The position numbers and the translations under genes are program-made. This document shows, piece after piece, positions 31,963 to 41,449 of a stretch of DNA of 64,000 bases (position 1 is the first letter of the stretch; every line of letters begins with the position of its first letter). The DNA comes from an uncultured delta proteobacterium (lineage in GTDB: Bacteria; Desulfobacterota; RBG-13-43-22): contig CAWBOS010000006.1 of NCBI GenBank assembly GCA_963790475.1, forward strand, positions 288,001-352,000. Direction: 5' to 3'. The notes under the pieces were generated by a model that saw nothing but the letters and a program-made list of their open reading frames with translations, searched no databases and was not told the origin of the DNA.

Positions 31963-32022
31963 GGTTTTTTCTGGTTTACAAAGAAACCTTTACAGGAATT
32001 TCCGAGAAGCTTTCTCGGAAAT
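31963..32022. repeat. ~60-bp repeat with perfect palindrome TTTCCGAGAA-GCT-TTCTCGGAAA, copy 2
   Basis: Near-identical to 23836-23894. Confidence 0.85.
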
Positions 32023-32244
32023 TGTCGCGAAGAGTGGGACGCTCTTTTATAATTTAATTAACAGCATATCTATTTGAAGTTATATTTAGAAATATGCTAA
32101 ACGGTAACATGACTGTGCTGACTGACCCCCGAAGTATCAGTCATGACTTCGAATACACAGGGGTCAACTTGCGTAAGAAATCGAAATTCGTAGGGACGAA
32201 GGGCGGATCTATTAAAGACCCGCCCCTCGCTGCTTGATAAGGGA

Positions 32245-33837
32245 TTATTTATTTAAAATATCCAAAGCCTCCTGACGATAGGAATTCATGAGATAAGGGA
32301 TCCCTGTTACCTTGGCGCATTCTTCAGTCAGGGACATAATATCCTGGCGGCTGATAGAGGCCACATCAAAGCATCTGGCCCCGGCCATAATCTGCTGGAG
32401 ACCCACATGAAGTTTATTGGCATAACTGTAAATCCCGATGGCCCCCAGGGGGATATTTTTGATCTCTTTTTTGCCGACCAGCTCGGCCACATTTTCGTAG
32501 CAGACAAAAATCTCTTCCGGGGTGGTCCCGAATTCACTGACCGTTTTTGGCAGATCATTTTTCTTTATCCACTGGGCGATGTTTTTCCCGACCATGCCCG
32601 GAATCATCAGGGCCCGTCCCATACAAACCGCCTTGACATAGGGAGAACCCAGGGCCAGGGCCTTGAAAATTCCATCTTCAGAACTGAAACCTCCGGCAAA
32701 GGCCAGACTGGGAACCCGCTCGCCCTTCTTAGTCAGGATCTGGGCAAACTCAGAAGCAGCGGAATGGAGATACAGGGAAGGCATACCCCATTCTTCCATC
32801 ATCCGCCAGGGACTCATACCCGTTCCGCCCGGGGCCCCGTCAATGGTCAATAGATCGACTTTGGCCTTAGAACCCCATTTGATGGCCATGGCCAGTTCGC
32901 GCAGGCCATAGGCACCGGTCTTCAGGGTAACTCGTTTGAAGCCCAATTTGCGGAGTCTGGCTACTTCGGCATAAAAACCTTCTTCATCGATAAAACCCAT
33001 CCTGCTGTGGCGTTCAAATTCTTTGATAGCCCCGTCCTTGAAGGCCGACTGGCTGACCGGGTCCGATGGATCCGGGGTGACGATATAGCCTCTCCTTTGC
33101 AGTTCCAAGGCCCGTTCTAAAGAGTTGACCTTGATTTCTCCGCCGATGCATTTGGCCCCCTGGCCCCATTTCAATTCAATGGTTTCGATCTTGTGTTTGC
33201 TGATGATATATTCGGCCACCCCCAAACGGGTATCTTCCACATTCATTTGAATCAGTAGTTCCCCTAATCCCCGGTGATAACGGCGGTAGGCTTCAATCCT
33301 CCGATCCATATCCGGAGATAGGACGATTTTATTGTTTTTATCCAGCACCAGACCGGGATCGATTCCGCAGACGTTCTCCCCGCAGACGATGGTCACCCCG
33401 GAGATGGCCGCCCCAACCGCGAAATGTTCCCAGTTTTTCCGGGCGATTTCCGTGGATCCCAAGGCCCCGGTAAAAATCGGCATGGCCATTTTAACTTTAA
33501 TATCCCAGCCGTAGTCGGTTTCGGTATTCACCGAAGGGAAACGGGCCGTGTCCGGATTGCCTTCGATTCCCGGCGGAAGTCCTTTGGCCCCCAAGGCATA
33601 GCCGTGGATATTCAAGTGAGAGTAATCAATGGGATAATTCTTGTCTCCGCCGGCCGTAATATCCCCGAATGGCCCGGGATAGATCAGTTCCCGGCCCCGG
33701 AAGGTGGACTTGAAGACCTCACAGTTGCCCCGACAACCGTCAATACATCTCGAACAAATGCCGCTCATGGGGACCACACTTTTGGATCTGTTGAAGGTCC
33801 TGGTGGCTTCATTGGAATTGGGCTGTTGCAGATTCAT
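32245..33837 (-). CDS. FMN-binding glutamate synthase family protein (stand-alone, archaeal-type)
   Basis: N-terminal CxxCxxxCxxxC, ELKWGQGAKCIGGE, DGAPGGTG, KALALG..VCMGR. Confidence 0.88.
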   Translation of the reverse strand: MNLQQPNSNEATRTFNRSKSVVPMSGICSRCIDGCRGNCEVFKSTFRGRELIYPGPFGDITAGGDKNYPIDYSHLNIHGYALGAKGLPPGIEGNPDTARFPSVNTETDYGWDIKVKMAMPIFTGALGSTEIARKNWEHFAVGAAISGVTIVCGENVCGIDPGLVLDKNNKIVLSPDMDRRIEAYRRYHRGLGELLIQMNVEDTRLGVAEYIISKHKIETIELKWGQGAKCIGGEIKVNSLERALELQRRGYIVTPDPSDPVSQSAFKDGAIKEFERHSRMGFIDEEGFYAEVARLRKLGFKRVTLKTGAYGLRELAMAIKWGSKAKVDLLTIDGAPGGTGMSPWRMMEEWGMPSLYLHSAASEFAQILTKKGERVPSLAFAGGFSSEDGIFKALALGSPYVKAVCMGRALMIPGMVGKNIAQWIKKNDLPKTVSEFGTTPEEIFVCYENVAELVGKKEIKNIPLGAIGIYSYANKLHVGLQQIMAGARCFDVASISRQDIMSLTEECAKVTGIPYLMNSYRQEALDILNK

Positions 33838-33861
33838 GGTGTTTCCTCCTTTAGATTAGCT

Positions 33862-33951
33862 AAAATAAAAAAGGCGTCTCCCCTTAGTGATGGAAAGACG
33901 CCTTTGTCCTCAACAATCGCAAATATTTCTTACTTCATTGTAAGAAATATT
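33862..33951 (-). promoter_or_regulatory. ANTAR-target dual-hairpin RNA overlapping an intrinsic terminator
   Basis: Minus strand: AAUAUUUCUUAC-AAUGAA-GUAAGAAAUAUU and GAC-AAAGGC-GUC (hexaloops with A1/G4); second hairpin overlaps the AAAGGCGUC..GACGCCUUUUUU terminator. Confidence 0.88.
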
Positions 33952-34088
33952 CATTATTACTATCTAATAAGTAATAATTTTTAGTTAAACTTATTGTGAT
34001 TGTCAAGAACTTTTTGCCATATTTATAAAAAATTAGTTTTACTTAATTAATGTGAAGTGAGGGATTATGGGTAAGCAAAGATCAGGAG

Positions 34089-34781
34089 TTATACTTCTTC
34101 TGAAAGCAGGACGGCCTCAGCCACTTCCCGCATGGATTTCCGGGAATCCATGCTCCGTTTTTGTATCCAGCGAAAGGCCTCCTCACCACCCCAATTCCGA
34201 CGCCGGATGAGGACCTCTTTGGCCTTTTCCACCAATTTTCGGGTCTCCAATTCTTCCTGAATGACCTTGGATTTGACCATCAATTCGGTATTGAAAATGG
34301 CTACCGCCGCCTGATTGGCCACCGTAGTAAAAAGATTCTGTTCGGTCTCGGTAAAATTATGGGGGACAGAGGTATAACAATTGATGACGCCGATGACCCT
34401 TTCCCGGACACTCATGGGTACGCTTAACATGGAAATCAGCCCCATTTTTCGAGCCAGGGCTTTTTCCTTATAGAGGCTATCCTCCAGGACATTGGGGCAA
34501 AGGTAAGGTTTGTTGTACCGGGCTACATACCCTACTACCCCTTCCCCGACTTTTAAGGAACGTTTTTTGAGATAATCCCGATTGATACTTTGAGTGGCCC
34601 GGATGGTCAGGGATTGAGTTTTGTCATCCAACAGCCAGAGAGAACAAACCTTGGAATTCATGGCCTCGGCCGTGACCAGGACAATGAGCCTCAAAATATC
34701 CTCCAGGTACTGATCGGAGGTAATGGCCCGGCTGATAATGGTCAGGGCTTCAATAGTCTTATCGTAAGATTGGGAATCCAT
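34089..34781 (-). CDS. GAF-ANTAR RNA-binding antiterminator
   Basis: GAF domain; LETRKLVEKAKEVL...EEAFRWIQKRSMDSRKSMREVAEA. Confidence 0.92.
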   Translation of the reverse strand: MDSQSYDKTIEALTIISRAITSDQYLEDILRLIVLVTAEAMNSKVCSLWLLDDKTQSLTIRATQSINRDYLKKRSLKVGEGVVGYVARYNKPYLCPNVLEDSLYKEKALARKMGLISMLSVPMSVRERVIGVINCYTSVPHNFTETEQNLFTTVANQAAVAIFNTELMVKSKVIQEELETRKLVEKAKEVLIRRRNWGGEEAFRWIQKRSMDSRKSMREVAEAVLLSEEV

Positions 34782-34787
34782 ATGGGC

Positions 34788-35813
34788 TCATACTAATTTA
34801 AACCGCTTCCGGAGTCTAACAGAAAGATCGCGGATCATTTGAAACGCCATTTCGACGGTTTTCTCTCCATCAGGATTGACCAGACAACAGGTGGCCGGGG
34901 AAATCAAGCTTCGAGAAATGAGAAATTCCAAGTCAAGACCTTTTTGGGCTAACAAATTCCAGTGACCTGTCAACCGTTCCTCCAGGGAATCAAGTTGCTC
35001 ATTTTCAAAGGGTTCGAAGTTGGTGGGCACAATCCCCCAGACCAAGACCCCGCCCCGGTCCAAAAATCTCCGAATGGATTTATGGTAGGAAGAGAAAACC
35101 TCCCCATTGGTATAAATATCGAGGGAAAGTATATCCAGGTCCAACCCTAAAAGGAAATCCCAATCGGGATTACCGCATAAATGGACCCCCCGGGGCTTTT
35201 CGATCAGGGAAAAGAAATATTCCATATCTTTTCGAGCGGCCTGGTCGCCATACCCGGCCATGGCGCTGAACAAGAATTGCAGCCCCGGTTCATCTACATA
35301 CATGAAGGCATTGGTATTTTTTCTTTTTAATCGGGTTAGCTGGGCGTTGACCCGCTTGGCCATAAATTCAAGTAAAAAAGGGCGGACCGTATCATCAAAA
35401 ATGATCGGCCGTCCTTCTTCGTCCTGGACATTGAATCCAAAACTAATCGGTCCTTCCATCTGGCCGCGGATGGCCGGCCGATCCGACAGATCGAGTTCCA
35501 GATAGCGGTGATAGACCACCGAATACTTTGGGCTGATATCAAAATAATCCGGTTCCTCAAAATGGCTCAAGGCCTCTTCCAATTCAAGGGCAAACTTTTC
35601 TTGTGAGAAACGCAAGGTCCTTTTTTCCAGATCCAGAAGGATACCGGGAAAGTGTTCCGAGGCCTGGACATACATATCTTCATAATAGCTGACATGGGGC
35701 AACTGGGGCCAAAAAGGGATATCCAGGGACAGGGCGGCGGAAAGGGCCTGATTCACATCCTTATGGGGCATGACGGCCATGGCCGTGGTCAACAGATTTC
35801 CCGGAATGGGCAT
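34788..35813 (-). CDS. Core MetE-like folate-independent methionine synthase (MesB/MesC-like)
   Basis: IPFWPQLP, GPISFG, DEP, GVHLCGN, WGIVPT, SPATCC. Confidence 0.7.
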   Translation of the reverse strand: MPIPGNLLTTAMAVMPHKDVNQALSAALSLDIPFWPQLPHVSYYEDMYVQASEHFPGILLDLEKRTLRFSQEKFALELEEALSHFEEPDYFDISPKYSVVYHRYLELDLSDRPAIRGQMEGPISFGFNVQDEEGRPIIFDDTVRPFLLEFMAKRVNAQLTRLKRKNTNAFMYVDEPGLQFLFSAMAGYGDQAARKDMEYFFSLIEKPRGVHLCGNPDWDFLLGLDLDILSLDIYTNGEVFSSYHKSIRRFLDRGGVLVWGIVPTNFEPFENEQLDSLEERLTGHWNLLAQKGLDLEFLISRSLISPATCCLVNPDGEKTVEMAFQMIRDLSVRLRKRFKLV

Positions 35814-35832
35814 AATAAAATTCCTTGTAAAG

Positions 35833-35906
35833 AAGGTCTAAGGCCCAAGGTTCAAGGTTTAAGAAAAAACCGAATCCCCTAAACCCTAAACCTTATACCT
35901 TATACC
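35833..35906. repeat. Heptamer arrays in inverted orientation
   Basis: AAGGTCT AAGGCCC AAGGTTC AAGGTTT ... CCTAAAC CCTAAAC CTTATAC CTTATAC. Confidence 0.7.
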
Positions 35907-35955
35907 CGAAGTTTTTGATTCCTCAGAACTTCAAACCAAATTTTCTTAAAAAATT

Positions 35956-37026
35956 TCATGAGCTATGCCTGATATGCACAATTTCTCCATCCCGGACCAC
36001 ATACTCCTTACCTTCCAGGCGCAGCCTTCCTTTTTGTTTAACCTGGTTCAAACCACCCAGTTCGATCAACTCATCATATCCCGCCACCTCGGCCCGGATG
36101 AAACCCCTGGCCAAATCGGAATGGATGGCGGCCGCGGCCTCCAGGGCAGTGGCCCCGCGCCGGATGGTCCAGGCCCGGACTTCGTCTTCTCCGACGGTGA
36201 AAAAGGATTGCAGGCCGAGCAGGTCATAGGAAAGCTGCAACACCCGGGTGCGGCTCAATTCAGTAATGGCGTATTCCTCCATAAACAGGGCGGCATCCTC
36301 AGGGGATAATTCGGAGATCTCCTTTTCCAGCCGGGCGGACAGATGGACCACGGCACTGGCTTGATGGGAGTAAGAGATCTGGGGTCCCTGCCCGTCATCT
36401 CCGGTGTTGACCACCACTAAAACCGGTTTAAAGGACAAAAATCCGTAGCCCCGCAAGGGTTTGATTTCCTCGGGGGTCAAGCCCATATCCCGCAGGGGTT
36501 TTTCTTGTTCCAGGGCCGTCCTCATAGTTTCAAATACTGTTTTCTCTTTGAGGGCCAGGTCCCGGTCCACAGCCCCTTTTTTCAAACCCTCCAACAACCG
36601 GTCATACCGGCGTTCAACGGTTGTGAGGTCTTGGAGTAAGAATTCGGTATCGAGAAGGGCCAGATCCCGGACGGGATTGATAGACCCTTCACTATGGGCT
36701 ACGGCCGGATTCTCAAAGGCCCGCAAGACATGGATAAAGGCATCCATCTGACCCAGGAGGTTGACGAAGGCCCCGGGAAGGCCTTTTTTACTAACCCCTT
36801 TATCCAGCCCGGCGATGTCGGCAAAGGTGACTTGGGCATAAATGGTCTTTTTAGGTTTAAAAATCTTAGTAAGCTGATCCACACGGGGATCGGGAACTTC
36901 AGCCACGGCCGTATGGATTTCCAATTGGCCGGAAGAAAAAGCCGAGATCGCCTTTTCCCCTCCGGCCAGGGCTTGAAAAAGGGTCGTCTTTCCTGTTTGG
37001 GGGAGTCCGATTATTCCAATTTGCAT
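35956..37026 (-). CDS. ychF: YchF/Obg-family ATPase
   Basis: GLPQTGKT, VPDPR, DIAGL, FFTVGEDEVRAW, IHSDLARGFIRAEV, RLEGKEY. Confidence 0.88.
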   Translation of the reverse strand: MQIGIIGLPQTGKTTLFQALAGGEKAISAFSSGQLEIHTAVAEVPDPRVDQLTKIFKPKKTIYAQVTFADIAGLDKGVSKKGLPGAFVNLLGQMDAFIHVLRAFENPAVAHSEGSINPVRDLALLDTEFLLQDLTTVERRYDRLLEGLKKGAVDRDLALKEKTVFETMRTALEQEKPLRDMGLTPEEIKPLRGYGFLSFKPVLVVVNTGDDGQGPQISYSHQASAVVHLSARLEKEISELSPEDAALFMEEYAITELSRTRVLQLSYDLLGLQSFFTVGEDEVRAWTIRRGATALEAAAAIHSDLARGFIRAEVAGYDELIELGGLNQVKQKGRLRLEGKEYVVRDGEIVHIRHSS

Positions 37027-37129
37027 GTTTATTAGTATGCCCTAATAAGGGACGGGGGTCAAGGGTAGGTTGTCTTATTATTCTTTACTTTTAGTGGAAG
37101 GTGCAGATAATATCAGCAACCAATCAATT

Positions 37130-37310
37130 TTGATGAACCATTAATAAGTCATCAAAGAAGACGACAAAGAAAAAAGCTCTCCCGCCTATCGGCGGGACCA
37201 GGCGCGCAAATCCTGAGGAATGATGGGTACACAGAAGTACGCTGCAATGACGGAGGATGCAGTGCAATCCCGCGAAAGGCGGGGCAATGGTCTTTTTACC
37301 AAGTCGTCAA
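37130..37310. repeat. Miniature non-coding element (MITE-like)
   Basis: TTGATGAACC...TTTTACCAAGTCGTCAA ends, internal hairpins CCCGCC..GGCGGG; similar end words at ~12692 and ~51955. Confidence 0.5.
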
Positions 37311-37337
37311 TTTTCACTCGGGTAAGGAGGAAAGGGG

Positions 37338-37661
37338 ATGGAAGGAACCGGTGCCTGCGGGATCAACTGTTACACCTGTAAACTTTTTACCGAAGGCCGG
37401 TGCAGTCCCTGCGGCTCCGGCCTGTCGGAACAAGCTACCCGAAAGCTGGCCTCCCAGTTGCGGCTGATGGGTGGAGTCTGTCCTATCTTGAATTGCGCCG
37501 TGGAACGAAAAGTGGAATTCTGCCTCAGGGATTGCGAAAGTTTTCCCTGCCCGCATTTCAAATTCGGCCCATACCCCTTCAGCGACGGTTTTCTACAGAT
37601 GCAGATGCGACGAAGGGGAGGACCTGCCTCGGAAAATCCTCCCAAATCCCAGATCCATTAA
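37338..37661 (+). CDS. Small Cys-rich protein (DUF3795-like)
   Basis: ACGINCYTC, CSPC, CPILNC, FCLRDCESFPC; RBS AGGAGG. Confidence 0.75.
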   Translation: MEGTGACGINCYTCKLFTEGRCSPCGSGLSEQATRKLASQLRLMGGVCPILNCAVERKVEFCLRDCESFPCPHFKFGPYPFSDGFLQMQMRRRGGPASENPPKSQIH

Positions 37662-37733
37662 AAAAACCCTTCGCCAATTTTTCTTCGTTTTCCAGGGAAT
37701 ATTCTCCTTTCATCCCCCGGAGTGGCCAGGGGT

Positions 37734-39194
37734 TTAATTTATCTTTCGGATGCCGTTGTCTTTTTGAAAGCGGTAATACACGGCCAGTCTGGCCAACGCT
37801 CGACTTGCCCCGGCCAGCGTACCATAAACGGGAATCCCTTTCTTGGGGAGTTCCCTTCTGAGTTTGGCGCGCAGTTCGCTCTCCCAGGGGTCATTGGCAA
37901 AGGAATGGAATACCAGGGCAACAGGTTTTCCGGCCGGGTTGTTTTTGGCGAAATCCGATAAATATTCCACCATAAGGTTGACCTGCTCCAGGCCGGCATG
38001 GCGGGCCATATCCAGATGGGGCATAACGATGAGCATGTCTATCCCCGGATCAGCGGTGACCAGCTCCATCTCCCGCATCATCGTTGAGGCATTACGAAAC
38101 ACCAGACCTGTGTCCAGGGGGTTCCGGATACTGGCCCCGGCCAGGGAAATAAATTTTTTTAGTTCATTCTGGGTACTCTGACTTAAAGGTGGAACATCCA
38201 GCCCTTCCCGGCTGCAGGTATCGGCCGCGGCCACGCTCGTACCCCCTCCAAGTCCCATAACCGCTACCCGCTTGCCCTTTGTCGGTTTTATATAAAGAAA
38301 GGACATGGCCGTTTCGGCCATTTCTTCTAAGGAGAAGACCGGCACTGCTCCGGTTTGAGCGAAGAACCCGCGCCAGACGGCCTCCTGGCCGGCCAAGGAA
38401 GCCGTATGGGAGGCAACCGCCCTTGATCCATGATCGGTAAGCCCGGCCTTCCAGAGGATGACGGGTTTGACCCGGTTAATTTCCCTCACCTGTCGAAGAA
38501 GCTTTTCGCCGTCCTTAATCCCTTCCAGATAGATGCAAATAATCTTCGTTTCCGGGTCCGTGGCCAGATACTCCAGGAAATCGGTGCTGTCCAGGACATA
38601 GGCATTACCAAAGCTGATGACCTTACTGAAGTTGACCCCGTAGTTCGGGCCATAATGGGCGTACCAGTTGCAATGGCCCCCGCTCTGGGAGAGGAAGGCG
38701 ACAGAACCGCTTTCCTTGGGTAATTGGTCAAAGGTCCCGATGCCGGCTGAGGGTACATACAAGCCCATACAGTTGGGACCGATGAGGCGCAGCCGGCCCC
38801 GTTCGGCAATCTCCCGGACCTTGAGGCCTAAGGTGATGGCTTCTTCCTCGCCGGTCTCTTCAAAACCGGAGGTAAAAGCATGAATGTTTCTGGCATTGGC
38901 TTTGATACAATCTTCAAGGACGGCGGGCAGTGCCCGGGCCGGAACCGCCGCAATTACCAGATCGATGGCCTCAGGGATGGACGAAACGGTGGGGTAGGTT
39001 TTATAGCCAAACACTTCTGCCGCCTTAGGATTGACCGGATATAGGCGCCCGCTGAAACCAAGCTGCTCATGGCTGGTAATGAAGGACGTCCCTCCCGGAG
39101 CCCAGAGTGCCCCCCGTTTGGCATCGGACGATACGCCGACAATCGCTATGGTTTCCGGATGAAAGGCCCTCTCCAATCCTGCATCCCAGGCCAT
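37734..39194 (-). CDS. Acyl-CoA synthetase (NDP-forming) alpha subunit / CoA-binding protein
   Basis: IAIVGVS, YPVNP, GPNCMG, SQSGG, phospho-His SHTASLAG, NPLD. Confidence 0.88.
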   Translation of the reverse strand: MAWDAGLERAFHPETIAIVGVSSDAKRGALWAPGGTSFITSHEQLGFSGRLYPVNPKAAEVFGYKTYPTVSSIPEAIDLVIAAVPARALPAVLEDCIKANARNIHAFTSGFEETGEEEAITLGLKVREIAERGRLRLIGPNCMGLYVPSAGIGTFDQLPKESGSVAFLSQSGGHCNWYAHYGPNYGVNFSKVISFGNAYVLDSTDFLEYLATDPETKIICIYLEGIKDGEKLLRQVREINRVKPVILWKAGLTDHGSRAVASHTASLAGQEAVWRGFFAQTGAVPVFSLEEMAETAMSFLYIKPTKGKRVAVMGLGGGTSVAAADTCSREGLDVPPLSQSTQNELKKFISLAGASIRNPLDTGLVFRNASTMMREMELVTADPGIDMLIVMPHLDMARHAGLEQVNLMVEYLSDFAKNNPAGKPVALVFHSFANDPWESELRAKLRRELPKKGIPVYGTLAGASRALARLAVYYRFQKDNGIRKIN

Positions 39195-39372
39195 TGATAA
39201 ACTCCTTTCAAATTTTTTGATTTATCGGTATGTCTTTTTAGGTGAAAGGAGTATAAAATGATGGGTAAATAGGAGTCAAGGGGAAAAGGGTTGCAGGATT
39301 AGGGTGCACTATTTCGGCGGGACTGAGAATCAGAATGCTACCCGAAGATAAGAACAAAAGGAGATATTAGGG

Positions 39373-40017
39373 ATGAATATAATGGCCTTTAACGGAAGTC
39401 CGAGAAAAAAATGGAATACGGCGACTCTATTGACCAAGGCCCTGGAAGGCGCGGTCTCCCAAGGCTCGGAGACGGAACTTGTTCACTTGTATGATCTTAA
39501 TTTTCGAGGATGCCTGAGTTGTTTTTCCTGCAAAAAAAAAGGGGGCCGAAGTTATGGAAGATGCGCGGCCCGGGATGACCTCACCCCGATTCTGAAAAAG
39601 GTGGAGGAGAGCGATGCCTTGATCCTGGGCTCCCCGATCTATTTTGGAACGGTTTCCGGAGAAATGAGATCTTTCATGGAACGTTTATTGTTCCCTTATC
39701 ACATGTATACCTTTCCTCCCCGCTCTCTTTTTCCCAAGAAGATCAAGACCGGTTTTATTTATACGATGAACGTCCCTGAAGAGTGGATGAAAAATTTGGG
39801 TTACGATAAAATGGTCGGTTCTAATGAAAGGCTCTTGAAGACCATATTCGGTGCCTCAGAGTCTTTGTGCAGCTTTGATACTTATCAGTTTAAAGATTAT
39901 TCCAAGGTGGTAGTGGAAATTTTTGATCCGGAGCAGAAAGCCAAGAGGCGCAAGGAAGTATTTCCCATAGATTGCCAAAATGCTTTTGAGATGGGGGTTG
40001 GATTGACCGGAAAATAG
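39373..40017 (+). CDS. Flavodoxin-like iron-sulfur flavoprotein (NADPH-dependent FMN reductase family)
   Basis: NGSPRKKWNT, CLSCFSC..C, GSPIYF. Confidence 0.88.
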   Translation: MNIMAFNGSPRKKWNTATLLTKALEGAVSQGSETELVHLYDLNFRGCLSCFSCKKKGGRSYGRCAARDDLTPILKKVEESDALILGSPIYFGTVSGEMRSFMERLLFPYHMYTFPPRSLFPKKIKTGFIYTMNVPEEWMKNLGYDKMVGSNERLLKTIFGASESLCSFDTYQFKDYSKVVVEIFDPEQKAKRRKEVFPIDCQNAFEMGVGLTGK

Positions 40018-40075
40018 GTCCTGAGGTCCATTTTGTTTATAGTTACAATGAGACCCTTAATCACCAGGAGGTTTT

Positions 40076-40294
40076 GTGAACTGGGAAAAACTGATCACTT
40101 TGGACAATCAATTTCAGGCCGATCTCCTGACCGATGCTTTAGGAAAGGCCGAAATACCTTTCCTGGTCAGGGAATACAAAGATACCGCTTATGATGGGTT
40201 GTTTGTAACCCAGAAGGGCTGGGGAACGGTCATGGTCGAAGAAAGCAAACTGGATGAAGCCAAGGCCATTGCGACAGACGTACTTACTTGTTAG
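40076..40294 (+). CDS. Small DUF2007-like protein
   Basis: NQFQADLL..AL....IPF, V.E....EA; GTG start after AGGAGG. Confidence 0.65.
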   Translation: MNWEKLITLDNQFQADLLTDALGKAEIPFLVREYKDTAYDGLFVTQKGWGTVMVEESKLDEAKAIATDVLTC

Positions 40295-40438
40295 ATCGGG
40301 ATTCCTGAGGCTTATTTCAGTATCACTGAGAATCCCACGGGCAGGCACTTAATCCATCATTGGGACATCATGAGGGCCCTCCTTGGGGTGAAAGGAGCCC
40401 TCGTAGAACAATTTTTATGCAATTTCGAAGGAGAGGTT

Positions 40439-40921
40439 ATGGAAGAGTTTAATCAGCCTAAAATTGAAAAAGATTTTTGGAAGAATTGGGAGAAACGTAA
40501 GACCTGGGATGAGATCCGGCCGGGGGAATTACGTCCTTCAATTCCTGTGATCCTGACTAAAGAGATGATTCAAAAGTATGCCCGGGCCATCGGGGACTTG
40601 AATCCTTTATATTTTGACGAGGAGTATGCCAAGAAAACCCCCTGGGGCGGGCTCATCGCCCCGCCCAGCATCCACGTTATGCTCATGTTTGCCTGCACAC
40701 CTGATGATGATTGGATGAGGGAACCGGGGACCATCAACGCCGGTCAATCCTGGTTCTACAATATCCCGGCCCGGCCGGGTGATCGGATTCGGCTGGTTTG
40801 CAAGGCCCTGGATCGGTTTATCAAAAAGGATCGTCTTTTTGTCATCCATGAAAATGTCTTTTATAATCAAAACGACGAAGTCATCTGCTCGGGGCGGGGC
40901 TGGACCATCCGCCCCAGGTAA
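40439..40921 (+). CDS. MaoC-family dehydratase subunit
   Basis: YARAIGDLNPLYFDEEYA..WGGLIAPP. Confidence 0.85.
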   Translation: MEEFNQPKIEKDFWKNWEKRKTWDEIRPGELRPSIPVILTKEMIQKYARAIGDLNPLYFDEEYAKKTPWGGLIAPPSIHVMLMFACTPDDDWMREPGTINAGQSWFYNIPARPGDRIRLVCKALDRFIKKDRLFVIHENVFYNQNDEVICSGRGWTIRPR

Positions 40922-40939
40922 GGAAAGGAGACGAAGTCG

Positions 40940-41398
40940 ATGAATTCAAATAGCTTTGAGGGAATTCAAGTCGGGCAAGTCATAGAGGGACGTCCTATGG
41001 AAATAACCAGGGAGACTATCCGCGAGTTTGCCGAAGCTTCCCTGGACTTCAATCCCCTCCATCTGGACAGCGAATATATGGCCAGGCAGGATTTTGGAAA
41101 GACAAAATTTAAACAGGTGATCGCCCATGGGATGACCAATTTTTCCTTGATCACCCGGATGATGACCGAATGGCTGTGGCCTATCGGGGGAATCCATCGC
41201 CGATTGGAAACCCGGTGGCTCAAACCGGTCTATTCGGGAGACACGGTTTCCCCGAAGGCCATCGTTTCCAAAAAATTAAAAACCGAAAAAGGGCAGTGGG
41301 TCCTTTTCAATATTGAGGTCAGGAACCAGGAGGGTATTCTGGTCTCCAGTGGAGAAGCCATGGCCGAATTCCCCGGAGTCGATTCCACTGCCCGCTGA
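40940..41398 (+). CDS. MaoC-family dehydratase subunit
   Basis: FAEASLDFNPLH, IAHGM, KPVYSGD. Confidence 0.88.
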   Translation: MNSNSFEGIQVGQVIEGRPMEITRETIREFAEASLDFNPLHLDSEYMARQDFGKTKFKQVIAHGMTNFSLITRMMTEWLWPIGGIHRRLETRWLKPVYSGDTVSPKAIVSKKLKTEKGQWVLFNIEVRNQEGILVSSGEAMAEFPGVDSTAR

Positions 41399-41449
41399 AA
41401 GGCCGGGCATTTAAATGATCAAGAGAAAATATTCGATCTCAACTCCGGG

